From contig OZ244057.1 of the NCBI GenBank assembly GCA_965215515.1, positions 384,001 through 448,000 of the forward strand: a stretch of DNA of 64,000 nucleotides. The letters are read 5' to 3'. The DNA comes from Oligoflexales bacterium. GTDB lineage: Bacteria; Bdellovibrionota_B; Oligoflexia; Oligoflexales; JAPPIL01. Shown here piece after piece: positions 10,254-19,567 of the stretch (position 1 is its first letter; every line of letters starts with the position of its first letter). The notes beneath the pieces were generated by a model. That model saw only the letters and a list, made by a program, of their open reading frames with translations. It was not told the origin of the DNA and did not search any database. The position numbers and the translations under genes are program-made.

Positions 10254-10391
10254 CTCCTCCCTCGCCTGTCATCGGAGAATCGGCAGTAAAGCTTTAGTTG
10301 CAGGGAAATTTTGTTTGCCTGTGGTGACGAGTGAAGGCTGTCATAATGTCTGTATCAATAGAGAAAATAAGTACAGGCACTACAGAATGCC

Positions 10392-10443
10392 GTAGATGCC
10401 CCCGTAAAAAGCGGACACCCTATCGGCTTCTAACAATCACGTA
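10392..10443 (+). repeat. Dispersed IS-end-like motif, copy 2
   Basis: GTAGATGCCCCCGTAAAAAGCGGACACCCTATCGGCTTCTAACAATCACGTA; nearly identical to 28345-28397. Confidence 0.75.
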
Positions 10444-10537
10444 GACAACGGTATCGGCACGCCTCCGTCCAGCAGATTTTACCGCATTGCCAATCATGGT
10501 GTTTTATGCGATGATAAGGGGTTGGGGGAGGGGTGTC

Positions 10538-11203
10538 GTGATATGTGATTTCAGTTACTACGAGTACAAGTACTTCGTGGCCAACGAGCGGCTCGGTTAT
10601 GTCAATGCGCTGCTCGAGTCATTTGCGGGTGGCAGCGACCCTTTTCCCGCGGGCTGCGTCGACTCGATCTACTACGACACCGCCGACGCTCGCTGCTATC
10701 ACGAATGTTTGAACGGTGAAAGTGTTAAACGCAAGTTTCGCATTCGTGGCTACGGTGATGGAGTCTACCGACAGATGCACCAGAAGGAAAAACTCCTCAC
10801 AGGAGTGGGCAAATTCAAAACTGCCCTACAGCCACTGCGTATCGTCGCTGCACAACCACCGTCATGGGATAGTCTCTGTCCCGCACAGCCTGATGACGCA
10901 TATTTTTACAAAATAAAATCGCTCGGTTTGCAGTATGGCATACTACTGCCCGCAGTGCGCGTCCGCTATCGACGTCAACGCTATCGCCTCTTCGATTTTC
11001 GCCTGACACTCGACACCAACATCGAAGTTTTCGGCTACGACGACAGAATTGTGACCGCCCTCGGTCACGAGGTCTTGCCTTATCACGTGCTAGAGGTTAA
11101 AACCCGTAAGAGAAGACCCAAACTGCCATTTATGGGCTTGGTCAAGCTGCCCCAGATATCTTTTTCCAAGTTTTATCTGGGACTGACAGCATTGCGTTTT
11201 TAG
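10538..11203 (+). CDS. VTC-domain (CYTH-like polyphosphate polymerase) protein
   Basis: YEYKY, SIYYDT, KFRIRGY, RYRR, RLTLD, VLEVK, FSKF motifs. Confidence 0.85.
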   Translation: MICDFSYYEYKYFVANERLGYVNALLESFAGGSDPFPAGCVDSIYYDTADARCYHECLNGESVKRKFRIRGYGDGVYRQMHQKEKLLTGVGKFKTALQPLRIVAAQPPSWDSLCPAQPDDAYFYKIKSLGLQYGILLPAVRVRYRRQRYRLFDFRLTLDTNIEVFGYDDRIVTALGHEVLPYHVLEVKTRKRRPKLPFMGLVKLPQISFSKFYLGLTALRF

Positions 11204-11216
11204 AGGAGATCGGCAC

Positions 11217-11918
11217 ATGGAAGGCTTGTTCGACATGTTTAACAAACAAGAGCTGTGGGAGCCCATGGCCGATAACCTCGATCTCGTTTCGTATCTCTAC
11301 ACACTGCTGATTTCGCTAACTTTCGGTGCGATCCTGTCGGTCGTCTACCACCTCTATTTTCAAGACAACGAGCCACAGGATGCCAGTTTGTCCCGCAGCC
11401 TGGTGTTGCTTACCCCATCCTTGACCACAATTTTTTGGATCATTCAGTTCAGTATTCCCATGTCATTGGGGCTACTGGGCACGCTGTCGTTCGTGCGTTT
11501 TCGCACCCCCGTCAAGCGCTCCGAAGATGTGGCTTTTATCGTTATTGCCTTGACGGTGGCCATCTCCTGTGCGATCGCCAAATATCTCGTCGGAGGTATT
11601 TTTATCGTATTGCTGGTAAGTTACGCCATCGTGCGCAACTCTTTTTTTATGCGCGGCATGTTCCGAAAACGCTTTGCTGTTCTCACCCTCAACACTACCA
11701 AGCAGTTGCCACTACACGCGTTGCAGGATGAGGTTAACGGCATCTGTCGGCAGAGTGATTTTGTCAGCGCCCGCAGCTACGATGGTATCACCTCTTTCGT
11801 TTTCAACATTCCACACTTCAGTGAACGCATGCACGAACAGCTGGTAGCAGCCCTATCGCAGCGTGATCAACAGGCACGACTAAATGTCTTTTTCCCCAAC
11901 GAACGCCTCGGCACCTGA
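11217..11918 (+). CDS. DUF4956 membrane protein
   Basis: SLGLLGTLSFVRFRTPVK..D motif; the usual neighbour of VTC genes. Confidence 0.85.
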   Translation: MEGLFDMFNKQELWEPMADNLDLVSYLYTLLISLTFGAILSVVYHLYFQDNEPQDASLSRSLVLLTPSLTTIFWIIQFSIPMSLGLLGTLSFVRFRTPVKRSEDVAFIVIALTVAISCAIAKYLVGGIFIVLLVSYAIVRNSFFMRGMFRKRFAVLTLNTTKQLPLHALQDEVNGICRQSDFVSARSYDGITSFVFNIPHFSERMHEQLVAALSQRDQQARLNVFFPNERLGT

Positions 11919-11928
11919 AGACGAACGC

Positions 11929-12990
11929 ATGACACGCCGACGGACGCGCCTACTACTGCGCGCAGTGGTAGTAGTCGCGGGCTTGGCACTCATCTGCGTA
12001 CTGGTATTGCTGCGCGGTGGCAGTACTCTCAGGCAAGATAACCGCGGGAAGTTGCGTATTTTGCGAACCTTTAGCGTACCGCTGCGCGAAATTTCAGGCT
12101 TGGGCAAGTCTGGTACGCACATCTTTGCCGTCGGTGACGGTGAGCCACTGTTAGGAGTACTGCAATTCACAGGTGACGAACTCAAACTGCTGCGAACGAT
12201 CAACTTCACCACCCCGTTGTGGCGCAATTATTTTCTCTGCCCCCGTCCGCACAACAGCATCTGTCGCTCGCTAGCAGGTATCATCGACAAGCAGTGGGAA
12301 GGCCTCTATTACGAAGCTGCCACGGATACGCTGCACGTCCTCCAAGAGAGCACAGGCTCTATCTTCGTTTTCAATCGCACGATGGATCGTATCCTATCAC
12401 GCACAATGCTCGATTTTTTCCCCGACCGTTACGAAAAATCAGCCCGCACCAACAACTCGCTCGGCGAAGGGTTTGTGCCGCTAGCCGATGGCAGAATACT
12501 GGTAGCCAAAGAAAAATTCCCCGCGGCCGTCATCGAGTTCGGCGCACAAGACAACGCACCACAGGGCTACGATCCACATCGCCCCCCGCATCCCGAAACC
12601 TACACCGAGACAGTACGCACACTCTACCCACGACACTACTGGCACTTGCCCAAGAGTGCGAACGAACACTGCGATCTGAGCGACGTAGTCCTGGACGATG
12701 ACGGTGCGCTATTCGGCATCAGCCAAGTTTGCCGCCGCATCTACCGCTTCGCCGCCCTCAACCCCCGCACAGAACAACTACAGGTCACGCAGAGCTGGCA
12801 AATCAACAGCACCATCAAAGCTCCTGAAGCACTGCTCGTCATCTCCCCCCACATCTTCCTAGTCGCTTCGGATGTGAAAAACTTACACCACAACCTCTGG
12901 TTACTCGCCACCCCCGCTTACCGAGCGAGCGCAACCGTGGCACAAGACAACGACAAGAGGCAGCGACGACATTCGCCCCGCACCAACTAA
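11929..12990 (+). CDS. Membrane-anchored beta-propeller (SdiA-regulated/YjiK-like) protein
   Basis: N-terminal TM; REISGL, QWEGL, NSLGEG, VAKEK, DLSD, APEAL motifs. Confidence 0.6.
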   Translation: MTRRRTRLLLRAVVVVAGLALICVLVLLRGGSTLRQDNRGKLRILRTFSVPLREISGLGKSGTHIFAVGDGEPLLGVLQFTGDELKLLRTINFTTPLWRNYFLCPRPHNSICRSLAGIIDKQWEGLYYEAATDTLHVLQESTGSIFVFNRTMDRILSRTMLDFFPDRYEKSARTNNSLGEGFVPLADGRILVAKEKFPAAVIEFGAQDNAPQGYDPHRPPHPETYTETVRTLYPRHYWHLPKSANEHCDLSDVVLDDDGALFGISQVCRRIYRFAALNPRTEQLQVTQSWQINSTIKAPEALLVISPHIFLVASDVKNLHHNLWLLATPAYRASATVAQDNDKRQRRHSPRTN

Positions 12991-13001
12991 AAGCTTAATT
13001 C

Positions 13002-13385
13002 CTAAGGTGATGTCGATTTCCTGCCACGTTCTCTCTGACGATCCCACGCTGGTCTCCCCGAGTCGGGGGAATCGGGCGATGTCGATCTACCTTTGCCGCG
13101 ACTAGGGCGATACCGCCAGGAGCGCACCTGGTCAGGGGAAGATGACGATTCGTCGCTTCTCGATATTCGGTCGGGCATCCCATCGTTACTCACCAAAACG
13201 AAAGATAGCACTGCAGGTGAAGACACGCCGACCGACAGCAGTTGTGACAGCAAGATGCTCTTCTGCATCTGCTGTGCGAGCAAAACACGGCTAGCAACTC
13301 TCGCCTTGAGTTGCCGCAAGCCACGCCCCTGCGCACCTTCGCTCGACAACAGAACCACGACTGACATCAACACCATTTTCAGCAT
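13002..13385 (-). CDS. Hypothetical secreted protein with Ser/Arg-rich tail
   Basis: Signal-like MLKMVLMSVVVLLSS; GAGG RBS; low-complexity C-terminus. Confidence 0.45.
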   Translation of the reverse strand: MLKMVLMSVVVLLSSEGAQGRGLRQLKARVASRVLLAQQMQKSILLSQLLSVGVSSPAVLSFVLVSNDGMPDRISRSDESSSSPDQVRSWRYRPSRGKGRSTSPDSPDSGRPAWDRQRERGRKSTSP

Positions 13386-13540
13386 AAAACACCCCTTCGA
13401 TTGGACAAAAATGCGAAAACACTGACCCGTATAATGCAGCAAGTGGCTTGGTCAATACTTTTTTTGTTTTTTTATTTTTTACTGAATGAGAAGGACAATG
13501 GGTGAGGGTTGTCTTGTCGATTATGCTGTGATACGCCCGT

Positions 13541-14410
13541 GTGGTCGCCTCACCGCACGCCTGGTTTGTTTTGTTAACTGCTCTGCCTCCTACTAAACCT
13601 GTCGTCATTGCTGGCCCCTGTCTTGCCGAGTCTTACGAACTGCTGCAGCGAGTGGCACGACCCTTGCTGGCCTTGCAGCGGCGGCATGATTTTACCCTTA
13701 TTTTCAAAGCCAGCTTTGACAAGGCCAACCGTTCCTCCGCGAGCAGTGTGAGAGGGCCTGGGTTGGCAAAATTTCTGTCTTGGGTGGTGGCTTTGAAAGA
13801 AAAATTTTCTCTGCCCATCATCACCGATGTGCACGAGACAAGGCAGATTGCAGCAGTGGCAGAGGTGTGTGATGCGTTGCAAATTCCTGCTTTCCTCTGT
13901 CGGCAGACCGATTTAGTTATGCAGGCACTGACCAGCGGACGTTTGGTCAACATCAAAAAAGGACAGTTTATGTCACCCTGGGCGATGCGATTGTTGGTGA
14001 ACTCTATCGATCGACAAGCAAAACCGTCTAACTGCATGCTTACAGAACGTGGCAGTAGTTTCGGTTATGGGCGCTTGGTGGTAGATATGGGGGGGTTGCG
14101 GGTCATGGCAGACAGTGGTCTACCGCTCATCTACGATATTACACACAGCGTGCAATGTCCTCCCGCCGTGGCGGGCGAGACTACATCACGCGGCGAGCGC
14201 CATCTCGCCCCCACCCTAGCGCGGGCGGCCGCGGCCAGTGGCTATGTCAGTGGGTTTTTCCTAGAAGTGCACACCGACCCCGCACGTGCCCACAGCGACG
14301 CAGCCTTACAGCTTTCTCTCCCGCAAGCTACGCAACTTGTCCCCCAACTCCTACAACTGCTGCGTGTGGCTCGTCCCATGACTGCCATCGACCAGCAGTT
14401 TCATGTCTAA
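13541..14410 (+). CDS. kdsA: KDO 8-phosphate synthase
   Basis: IAGPC, FKASFDKANRSS, QIPAFLCRQTD, NIKKGQF, ERGSSFGY; start uncertain. Confidence 0.95.
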   Translation: MVASPHAWFVLLTALPPTKPVVIAGPCLAESYELLQRVARPLLALQRRHDFTLIFKASFDKANRSSASSVRGPGLAKFLSWVVALKEKFSLPIITDVHETRQIAAVAEVCDALQIPAFLCRQTDLVMQALTSGRLVNIKKGQFMSPWAMRLLVNSIDRQAKPSNCMLTERGSSFGYGRLVVDMGGLRVMADSGLPLIYDITHSVQCPPAVAGETTSRGERHLAPTLARAAAASGYVSGFFLEVHTDPARAHSDAALQLSLPQATQLVPQLLQLLRVARPMTAIDQQFHV

Positions 14411-15052
14411 TGCCGCACTGGGCGTGCTTCTCGCAAAAAAATTTTTGATAGCCATCAGTTTGGCTAGGGCACGTTGCACGCTGGGGTCGCAGAAGGTACA
14501 GGCTTCCTCCCAGCTGAACCAACGTAGGTCGTGTGACTCCGCACTGCGCGCCAGCGGTGCGGTGCGGGGAGCAGAGATGATGTAGCTGATATCGTAGTGA
14601 AGATGGTCGCTATCGCCGCCCAGAGCGGGGATACGATGAATGTCGATATCGAAAGGAATTACAGCAGGCAAGTCGGGCATCTGCCTGAACAGCGGACGTA
14701 CATCGAAAAAACGCAAGTCAGTCAAGCCCGATTCTTCGCACGCTTCTCGATAAGCGATATCTCGCACATCGCGCTGCCCTTCATCGGCATGTCCGCCGAG
14801 TTGTAGCCAGAGATTGAGTTTGGCATGCAGAGTCAACAGCACTCGCCGCATGGAGGAATCGATAACGAAAGCAGAGGCAGTGATGTGGCCAGGCCGCGTC
14901 GGGCGCGCCAACGGATCGACTGCAAGTGTCAACAGGGTTCGAAAACGTCGTAAACAGGCACGCTGAGCGCTAAGATGGGGGTCGTCGTAGAAAGGCTGGT
15001 CGAGCCAACTCTGCTCGTAAAGAGCGAGAGCTTGCTGAAGATGGGTGGTCAC
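14351..15052 (-). CDS. NUDIX hydrolase
   Basis: GHITASA, WLQLGGHAD..AYREACEESGL Nudix box, HYD. Confidence 0.9.
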   Translation of the reverse strand: MTTHLQQALALYEQSWLDQPFYDDPHLSAQRACLRRFRTLLTLAVDPLARPTRPGHITASAFVIDSSMRRVLLTLHAKLNLWLQLGGHADEGQRDVRDIAYREACEESGLTDLRFFDVRPLFRQMPDLPAVIPFDIDIHRIPALGGDSDHLHYDISYIISAPRTAPLARSAESHDLRWFSWEEACTFCDPSVQRALAKLMAIKNFFARSTPSAALDMKLLVDGSHGTSHTQQL

Positions 15053-16845
15053 GTGTTTTTTTGCCCCAGGATAGCGCGCACCTCTGTGTAAACAAACTCT
15101 GCCGTCAGAGGCAAACCATCGTAGCTGCGTAGCGAAGTGAGCCTGTTCTTAGTCAAAGGGGTTTCCGCGATCAACAAAGTGTGCAGTTGCGCGTCACGGT
15201 TTTGTTCGACAACGATGTTGAGCCTGTGCTTGGCGAGGAAGGTGACCACTTGCGGTTGAAAGGGGAAAGCTTTGATCCGCAGGTAGTTGATGGCGATGCT
15301 CTGTTCTTCCAGCATCGCGCGGGCCTCGCTGATGGCCTCGTGGCAACTGCCGAGAGTGACAAGGGCGATGTCGAGATCGTCTTCATAAACGATCAACGGC
15401 AGCGGAAGGTACTCTTCTGCAGTCTTGTGTTTGCGTTGCAGACGATCGAGTACCTCCTGATATTCGGCCCCGTTTTCAGTATAAGCTCCGAATTTATTAT
15501 GCCCCGACCCTCTGGTGAAAAACGCCCCCGCGGGGTCAGTGCCAGGCAGGGTACGGTAGCAAATACCGTCTTGATCACGATCGTGGTAGCGCAAAAAAGT
15601 TTCACCAGCAGAGAATTTTTGTAAAATCTTGCCTCGTTCTGGTCGGTAGCTATCGTTCCAAGTCAGACGTGGGCACAGCCAGTCGTTCATGCCGATATCG
15701 AGATCCATCATCACAAACACAGGGGTTTGCAGCAAATCAGCCAGATCGAAGGCAGCGATGGTAAGGTGAAAGCTTTCCTCAGGGTCGGCGGGGAAAACGA
15801 GCACGTGCTTGGTATCGCCGTGCGAGGCATAAGCGCAGGTGAGCAAGTCACTCTGCTGTGTGCGGGTGGGCATGCCTGTCGAAGGGCCGACACGTTGCAC
15901 GTTGAAGATAACCGCGGGCAGCTCGGCATAGTAGGCAAAACCGATTAACTCTGCCATCAGCGAGATGCCAGGCCCGCTGGTGGCGGTGAAGGCACGTGCT
16001 CCGTTCCAAGTCGCACCGAGTACCATGCCTAGTGCCGCCATCTCGTCTTCAGCTTGCAAGATGCAGTAGTTGTTGCCAGCGGTGTCGCGACGGAATTTAC
16101 GGCAAAAGTTTTGAAATGCGTCGAGCAATGCCGTCGAAGGGGTAATCGGATACCACGCGGCGACCGTTGCTCCCGCATAGACGCTGGCAAGCGCGGCACT
16201 GGAGTTGCCATCGATCAGGATATGCTCGGATGTCGCATGCGTGCCTACTAGCTGGATAGGGAGGGGACAGGAAAAATTTTTCTGGGCGTAATCGTATCCT
16301 AACTCGACAGCTTTGAAGTTGGAGGCAAGCAGTTTTTGTTTTTTTTGAAATTTTTCGCTGAGCAGGGTTTTGATGATCTCCATATCGATCGCGCACAGGG
16401 CAGCGGCGACTCCCACGTAGCAGATATTTTTCATCAGGGTGCGTTCACGCGTTTGCTTGAAGTGGCTGTTGGTTATTGCGGCGAAGGGGACAGCGAGTAG
16501 GTTGAGGTCGGCACGTTTTACCTTTGTCTGGGTCGGTGGCCAGGTCGCGTCGTAAAGTAGATAACCGTCTTCTCGCACATCCCGCACATCTTGTTGGTAG
16601 GTCTGAGCGTTCATGGCGATGACGAGATCGAAGCTTGTCTTACGCCCCAGATATCCGCCGCGGTTGACTCTTATTTCGTACCAGGTAGGCAAACCTTGAA
16701 TGTTGGAGGGGAAGATATTTTTACCCGCGATGGGCACTCCCATGCGGAAAATCGCCTGCACCAGCAGGCTGTTAGCACTGGCCGAACCCGTGCCGTTGGG
16801 CGTAGCAATCTTGATGGCAAAATCGTTGATGCTGATGTCGGGCAT
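15049..16845 (-). CDS. korA: 2-oxoacid:ferredoxin oxidoreductase alpha (fused gamma-alpha) subunit
   Basis: NGTGSASAN, FPSNIQGLPTW, WYPITPST, QAEDE, TATSGPG, QRVGPSTGMPT. Confidence 0.92.
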   Translation of the reverse strand: MPDISINDFAIKIATPNGTGSASANSLLVQAIFRMGVPIAGKNIFPSNIQGLPTWYEIRVNRGGYLGRKTSFDLVIAMNAQTYQQDVRDVREDGYLLYDATWPPTQTKVKRADLNLLAVPFAAITNSHFKQTRERTLMKNICYVGVAAALCAIDMEIIKTLLSEKFQKKQKLLASNFKAVELGYDYAQKNFSCPLPIQLVGTHATSEHILIDGNSSAALASVYAGATVAAWYPITPSTALLDAFQNFCRKFRRDTAGNNYCILQAEDEMAALGMVLGATWNGARAFTATSGPGISLMAELIGFAYYAELPAVIFNVQRVGPSTGMPTRTQQSDLLTCAYASHGDTKHVLVFPADPEESFHLTIAAFDLADLLQTPVFVMMDLDIGMNDWLCPRLTWNDSYRPERGKILQKFSAGETFLRYHDRDQDGICYRTLPGTDPAGAFFTRGSGHNKFGAYTENGAEYQEVLDRLQRKHKTAEEYLPLPLIVYEDDLDIALVTLGSCHEAISEARAMLEEQSIAINYLRIKAFPFQPQVVTFLAKHRLNIVVEQNRDAQLHTLLIAETPLTKNRLTSLRSYDGLPLTAEFVYTEVRAILGQKNT

Positions 16846-16908
16846 GTGCAACACGCTCCCCGTCACCCTCGTCTATCTGCGCACAGCGTTTATTTCAAGA
16901 AATTTTGT

Positions 16909-17478
16909 TCAGCTGACGAAGATGTGCTGGCGGTAGAAGCGCAGCTCCGCGATGCTTTCTTCGATGTCGGTAGTGGCACGATGGGAGTGTTGTTTCTGTT
17001 TTTCGTGCTTATGGTCGGGATACCACAGGGCGTTGAGTTGCTTGATACTGCTAACATCTATCATACGGTAGTAGCAAAGCTTGTCCAGTACGGGCATGTG
17101 CCTGATGATAAAACGGCGGTCTTGCCAGATGGAGTTACCCGCGAGGATCAGTCTGTTGTCCAGACAGTGCTGTTTGAGGAAGGCAACGGTGCTAGTTTCG
17201 GCTTCGTGCAGCGTGGTAGTGGAGGCAAGTACTGCCTCCCACAAGCCTGATTTACGGTGTTGTCTGCGATTCCAACTGTCCATAGCAGTGAGGGTAGCGA
17301 GGGGGTGGTGGATAACGACGTGCGGGCCGCGTGCGGTGATGTGGAGATCGCTGTCGGTCAAAAGCAATGCTGTTTCGAGAATCTGATCGTGGTCGGGGTC
17401 GAGGCCTGTCATCTCCAAATCAAGCCAGACGAGTTGATCTGTTGTCGGAGTTTGCTTGCTTTTTTCGCTGTCGCTCAT
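16909..17478 (-). CDS. orn: Oligoribonuclease
   Basis: LVWLDLEMTGLDP, GNSIWQDRRF, YRMIDVSSIK, HRA..DIEESIAELRFYR; real start at ATG 17478. Confidence 0.95.
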   Translation of the reverse strand: MSDSEKSKQTPTTDQLVWLDLEMTGLDPDHDQILETALLLTDSDLHITARGPHVVIHHPLATLTAMDSWNRRQHRKSGLWEAVLASTTTLHEAETSTVAFLKQHCLDNRLILAGNSIWQDRRFIIRHMPVLDKLCYYRMIDVSSIKQLNALWYPDHKHEKQKQHSHRATTDIEESIAELRFYRQHIFVS

Positions 17479-17545
17479 GTGCGCCTCGGCGTACAATTTT
17501 GGAGATGGAACTTTTGGCAGTTTTATTCTACCATAGGAGGGGTGC

Positions 17546-18625
17546 GTGGTTAACAAAATTGGAGCAATGGAGGTGGTTGTGCTGAGTGTTCGCACTGGTG
17601 TGCTGGCAGTGTTGTTGTTCTGGAGCGGGATAGCTTGGGGGGAGAAGGCATTCACTATTAACGGGGTTACGACGACAATCAAGCAGATTGCGAGCAAGGA
17701 GAAGGCCGCGTTTTATGAGATAGAAAAACGCCGTTTCCAGCTGGTCGAGCGGCTGGCACGGCAGAGGTATCTGGAGTTTTTCTGGCAGCAGCGGGCGGCG
17801 AAGAACAAAAAGTCTATCGCCCAAGAGAAAAAAAGCTATTTTGACAAAAATATCAAAATTACTAAGAAACAGATCGACGAGGCCGCTGAGCGCTTCAAGG
17901 ATCATCCGCAGTTGTCGAAGCTTGCCGATGCTGAACGAGAGGCGGAGGTCAAAAAATTTCTGCAAGATAGCGAAGAACGTAGACTGCTTGACAGCATTAT
18001 TGCCACAGGCTTGCAGGACAAAAAGCTACGCATCGACTACCCTCGTCCGCAAGAACCGACCTTCGACTTTACCATTCGCCGTGATGAGCCTGTCAAGTAC
18101 GGCCCCGAGGATTCCGACATCAAGCCCGTCGACTGTCGCGGTGACGATTGTATTACCATCGTCGAGTTTTCTGAATTTCAGTGTCCCTTCTGTGCACGGG
18201 TATTACCTGCCACCAGGGAGGTCATGACACGTTACAAGGGCAAGGTCAGGTGGGTGGTTAGGGATTTCCCCCTCAGTTTTCATGGCCGTGCCAAGCCTGC
18301 GGCGATCGCAGCACGTTGTGCGTTAAAGCAAGGCAAGTATTGGGAAATGTACACTACTTTGTTTGAAAACCAAAAAGCGCTTTCGGACAAGGACTTTGTT
18401 TCCTATGCGACGAAGATCAAGCTTGACAAGAGCAAGTGGCAGGCTTGTGTCGACAAACCAGCAGCCGAGCTGGCGTTTATCGATCGGAATATGCAGTCGG
18501 GCATCAGAGCGGGTGTTACAGGCACACCTGCCTTCTTTATCAATGGTCGTAGGTTATCGGGGGCGGTGCCGTTTGAGCGTTTTAGAAGTATTATCGACGA
18601 CGAGTTAGCAAAAAAGAAAAAGTAA
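17546..18625 (+). CDS. DsbA-family thioredoxin-domain protein with N-terminal helical domain
   Basis: EFSEFQCPFC, RDFPLSFH, GVTGTPAFFING. Confidence 0.9.
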   Translation: MVNKIGAMEVVVLSVRTGVLAVLLFWSGIAWGEKAFTINGVTTTIKQIASKEKAAFYEIEKRRFQLVERLARQRYLEFFWQQRAAKNKKSIAQEKKSYFDKNIKITKKQIDEAAERFKDHPQLSKLADAEREAEVKKFLQDSEERRLLDSIIATGLQDKKLRIDYPRPQEPTFDFTIRRDEPVKYGPEDSDIKPVDCRGDDCITIVEFSEFQCPFCARVLPATREVMTRYKGKVRWVVRDFPLSFHGRAKPAAIAARCALKQGKYWEMYTTLFENQKALSDKDFVSYATKIKLDKSKWQACVDKPAAELAFIDRNMQSGIRAGVTGTPAFFINGRRLSGAVPFERFRSIIDDELAKKKK

Positions 18626-18700
18626 AAGCGCAGTTTCCCCTAAAGCTCTCTTGTCAACTACCGAAATCGCACACGGGACGTGGTTTAGTTTTGTGGGGGG

Positions 18701-19321
18701 GTGTCGGTGGTTAATATCAGCAGGGAGAACCGACGTTATGGTCGGGTCATCATTGAGAAGGGTTTGCGGGTTGCGATGCGTTCGATCGGTTCGGAGACGA
18801 GCTACAACATGGAGACCCGTAATGTTTCCGATACGGGTTTTTTCTTGCGTTTTGAGAAGCCAGGGCGTTTTCCGTTTACGCCTTCCAGTATTATGGAGGT
18901 GTGGCTGACCCTTGAGGAGGGCAGTACGATTTTCTTCAACGGCAAGATGACGCGGGTGGTGTATCCTGAAGAGGCGGTTTCTTTGGAGACCGAGCCTGGT
19001 ATTGCCATCAAGATAATTCAAATTGAGCAGGAGGAAGAAAACGTTCTGCGTGAGTTTATCCGCAAGAAGGCCGTGGAGAATGAGGCAAAGGATAGAGGAA
19101 AAAAAGCGCAGGCTGAAGCTTCTCCATCGCTGCGCAAGAGTAAGGTGACGAAAAAAAAGCGGAAGAAAAAAACCACCACCACCACCCGCAACAAGAAGGT
19201 GAGCGTCGGAAAGAGAATGGCACGTGCGAGTGGGCCTCCTTCTCCTGTGAAAGACAAACAACAACCAGAAGAAGAGATGTCGGTGTTCGACGATCTGCTG
19301 GCAAAAAAGAAAGCTGGCTAG
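18701..19321 (+). CDS. PilZ-domain protein with basic tail
   Basis: RRYGR (RxxxR) and NVSDTG (D/NxSxxG) c-di-GMP motifs. Confidence 0.8.
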   Translation: MSVVNISRENRRYGRVIIEKGLRVAMRSIGSETSYNMETRNVSDTGFFLRFEKPGRFPFTPSSIMEVWLTLEEGSTIFFNGKMTRVVYPEEAVSLETEPGIAIKIIQIEQEEENVLREFIRKKAVENEAKDRGKKAQAEASPSLRKSKVTKKKRKKKTTTTTRNKKVSVGKRMARASGPPSPVKDKQQPEEEMSVFDDLLAKKKAG

Positions 19322-19567
19322 GGTGGCGAAGGTTTCTGTTCCAGATCTTTTGCTGCTCAGGGGCAAAATGACTGGAAGACTTAGGCGTATTCTAAATGAA
19401 CTGATTTCGGAGGGTGAGCTATGCGCCAAAGAAAATTTAAGACCGTATATCGGGATGGAAGCCAAACTCTTCCTACTAGCGAGATGATCTGCCGCAAGGC
19501 AAACGACAGTTGAATGGCAGTTGTTGGAGTTACCCCAGAAAGTTGTGGTGGAGGCAGCGCGAGTAGG

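Noticed and set aside
14351..14410. 60-nt convergent overlap of kdsA and the NUDIX gene
   Set aside because: Both tails look non-conserved; most simply stop-codon drift.
17479..17697. N-terminal extension of Orn in the ORF track
   Set aside because: Overlaps the divergent dsbA-like gene; Orn homology starts near ATG 17478, which has a GAGG RBS.
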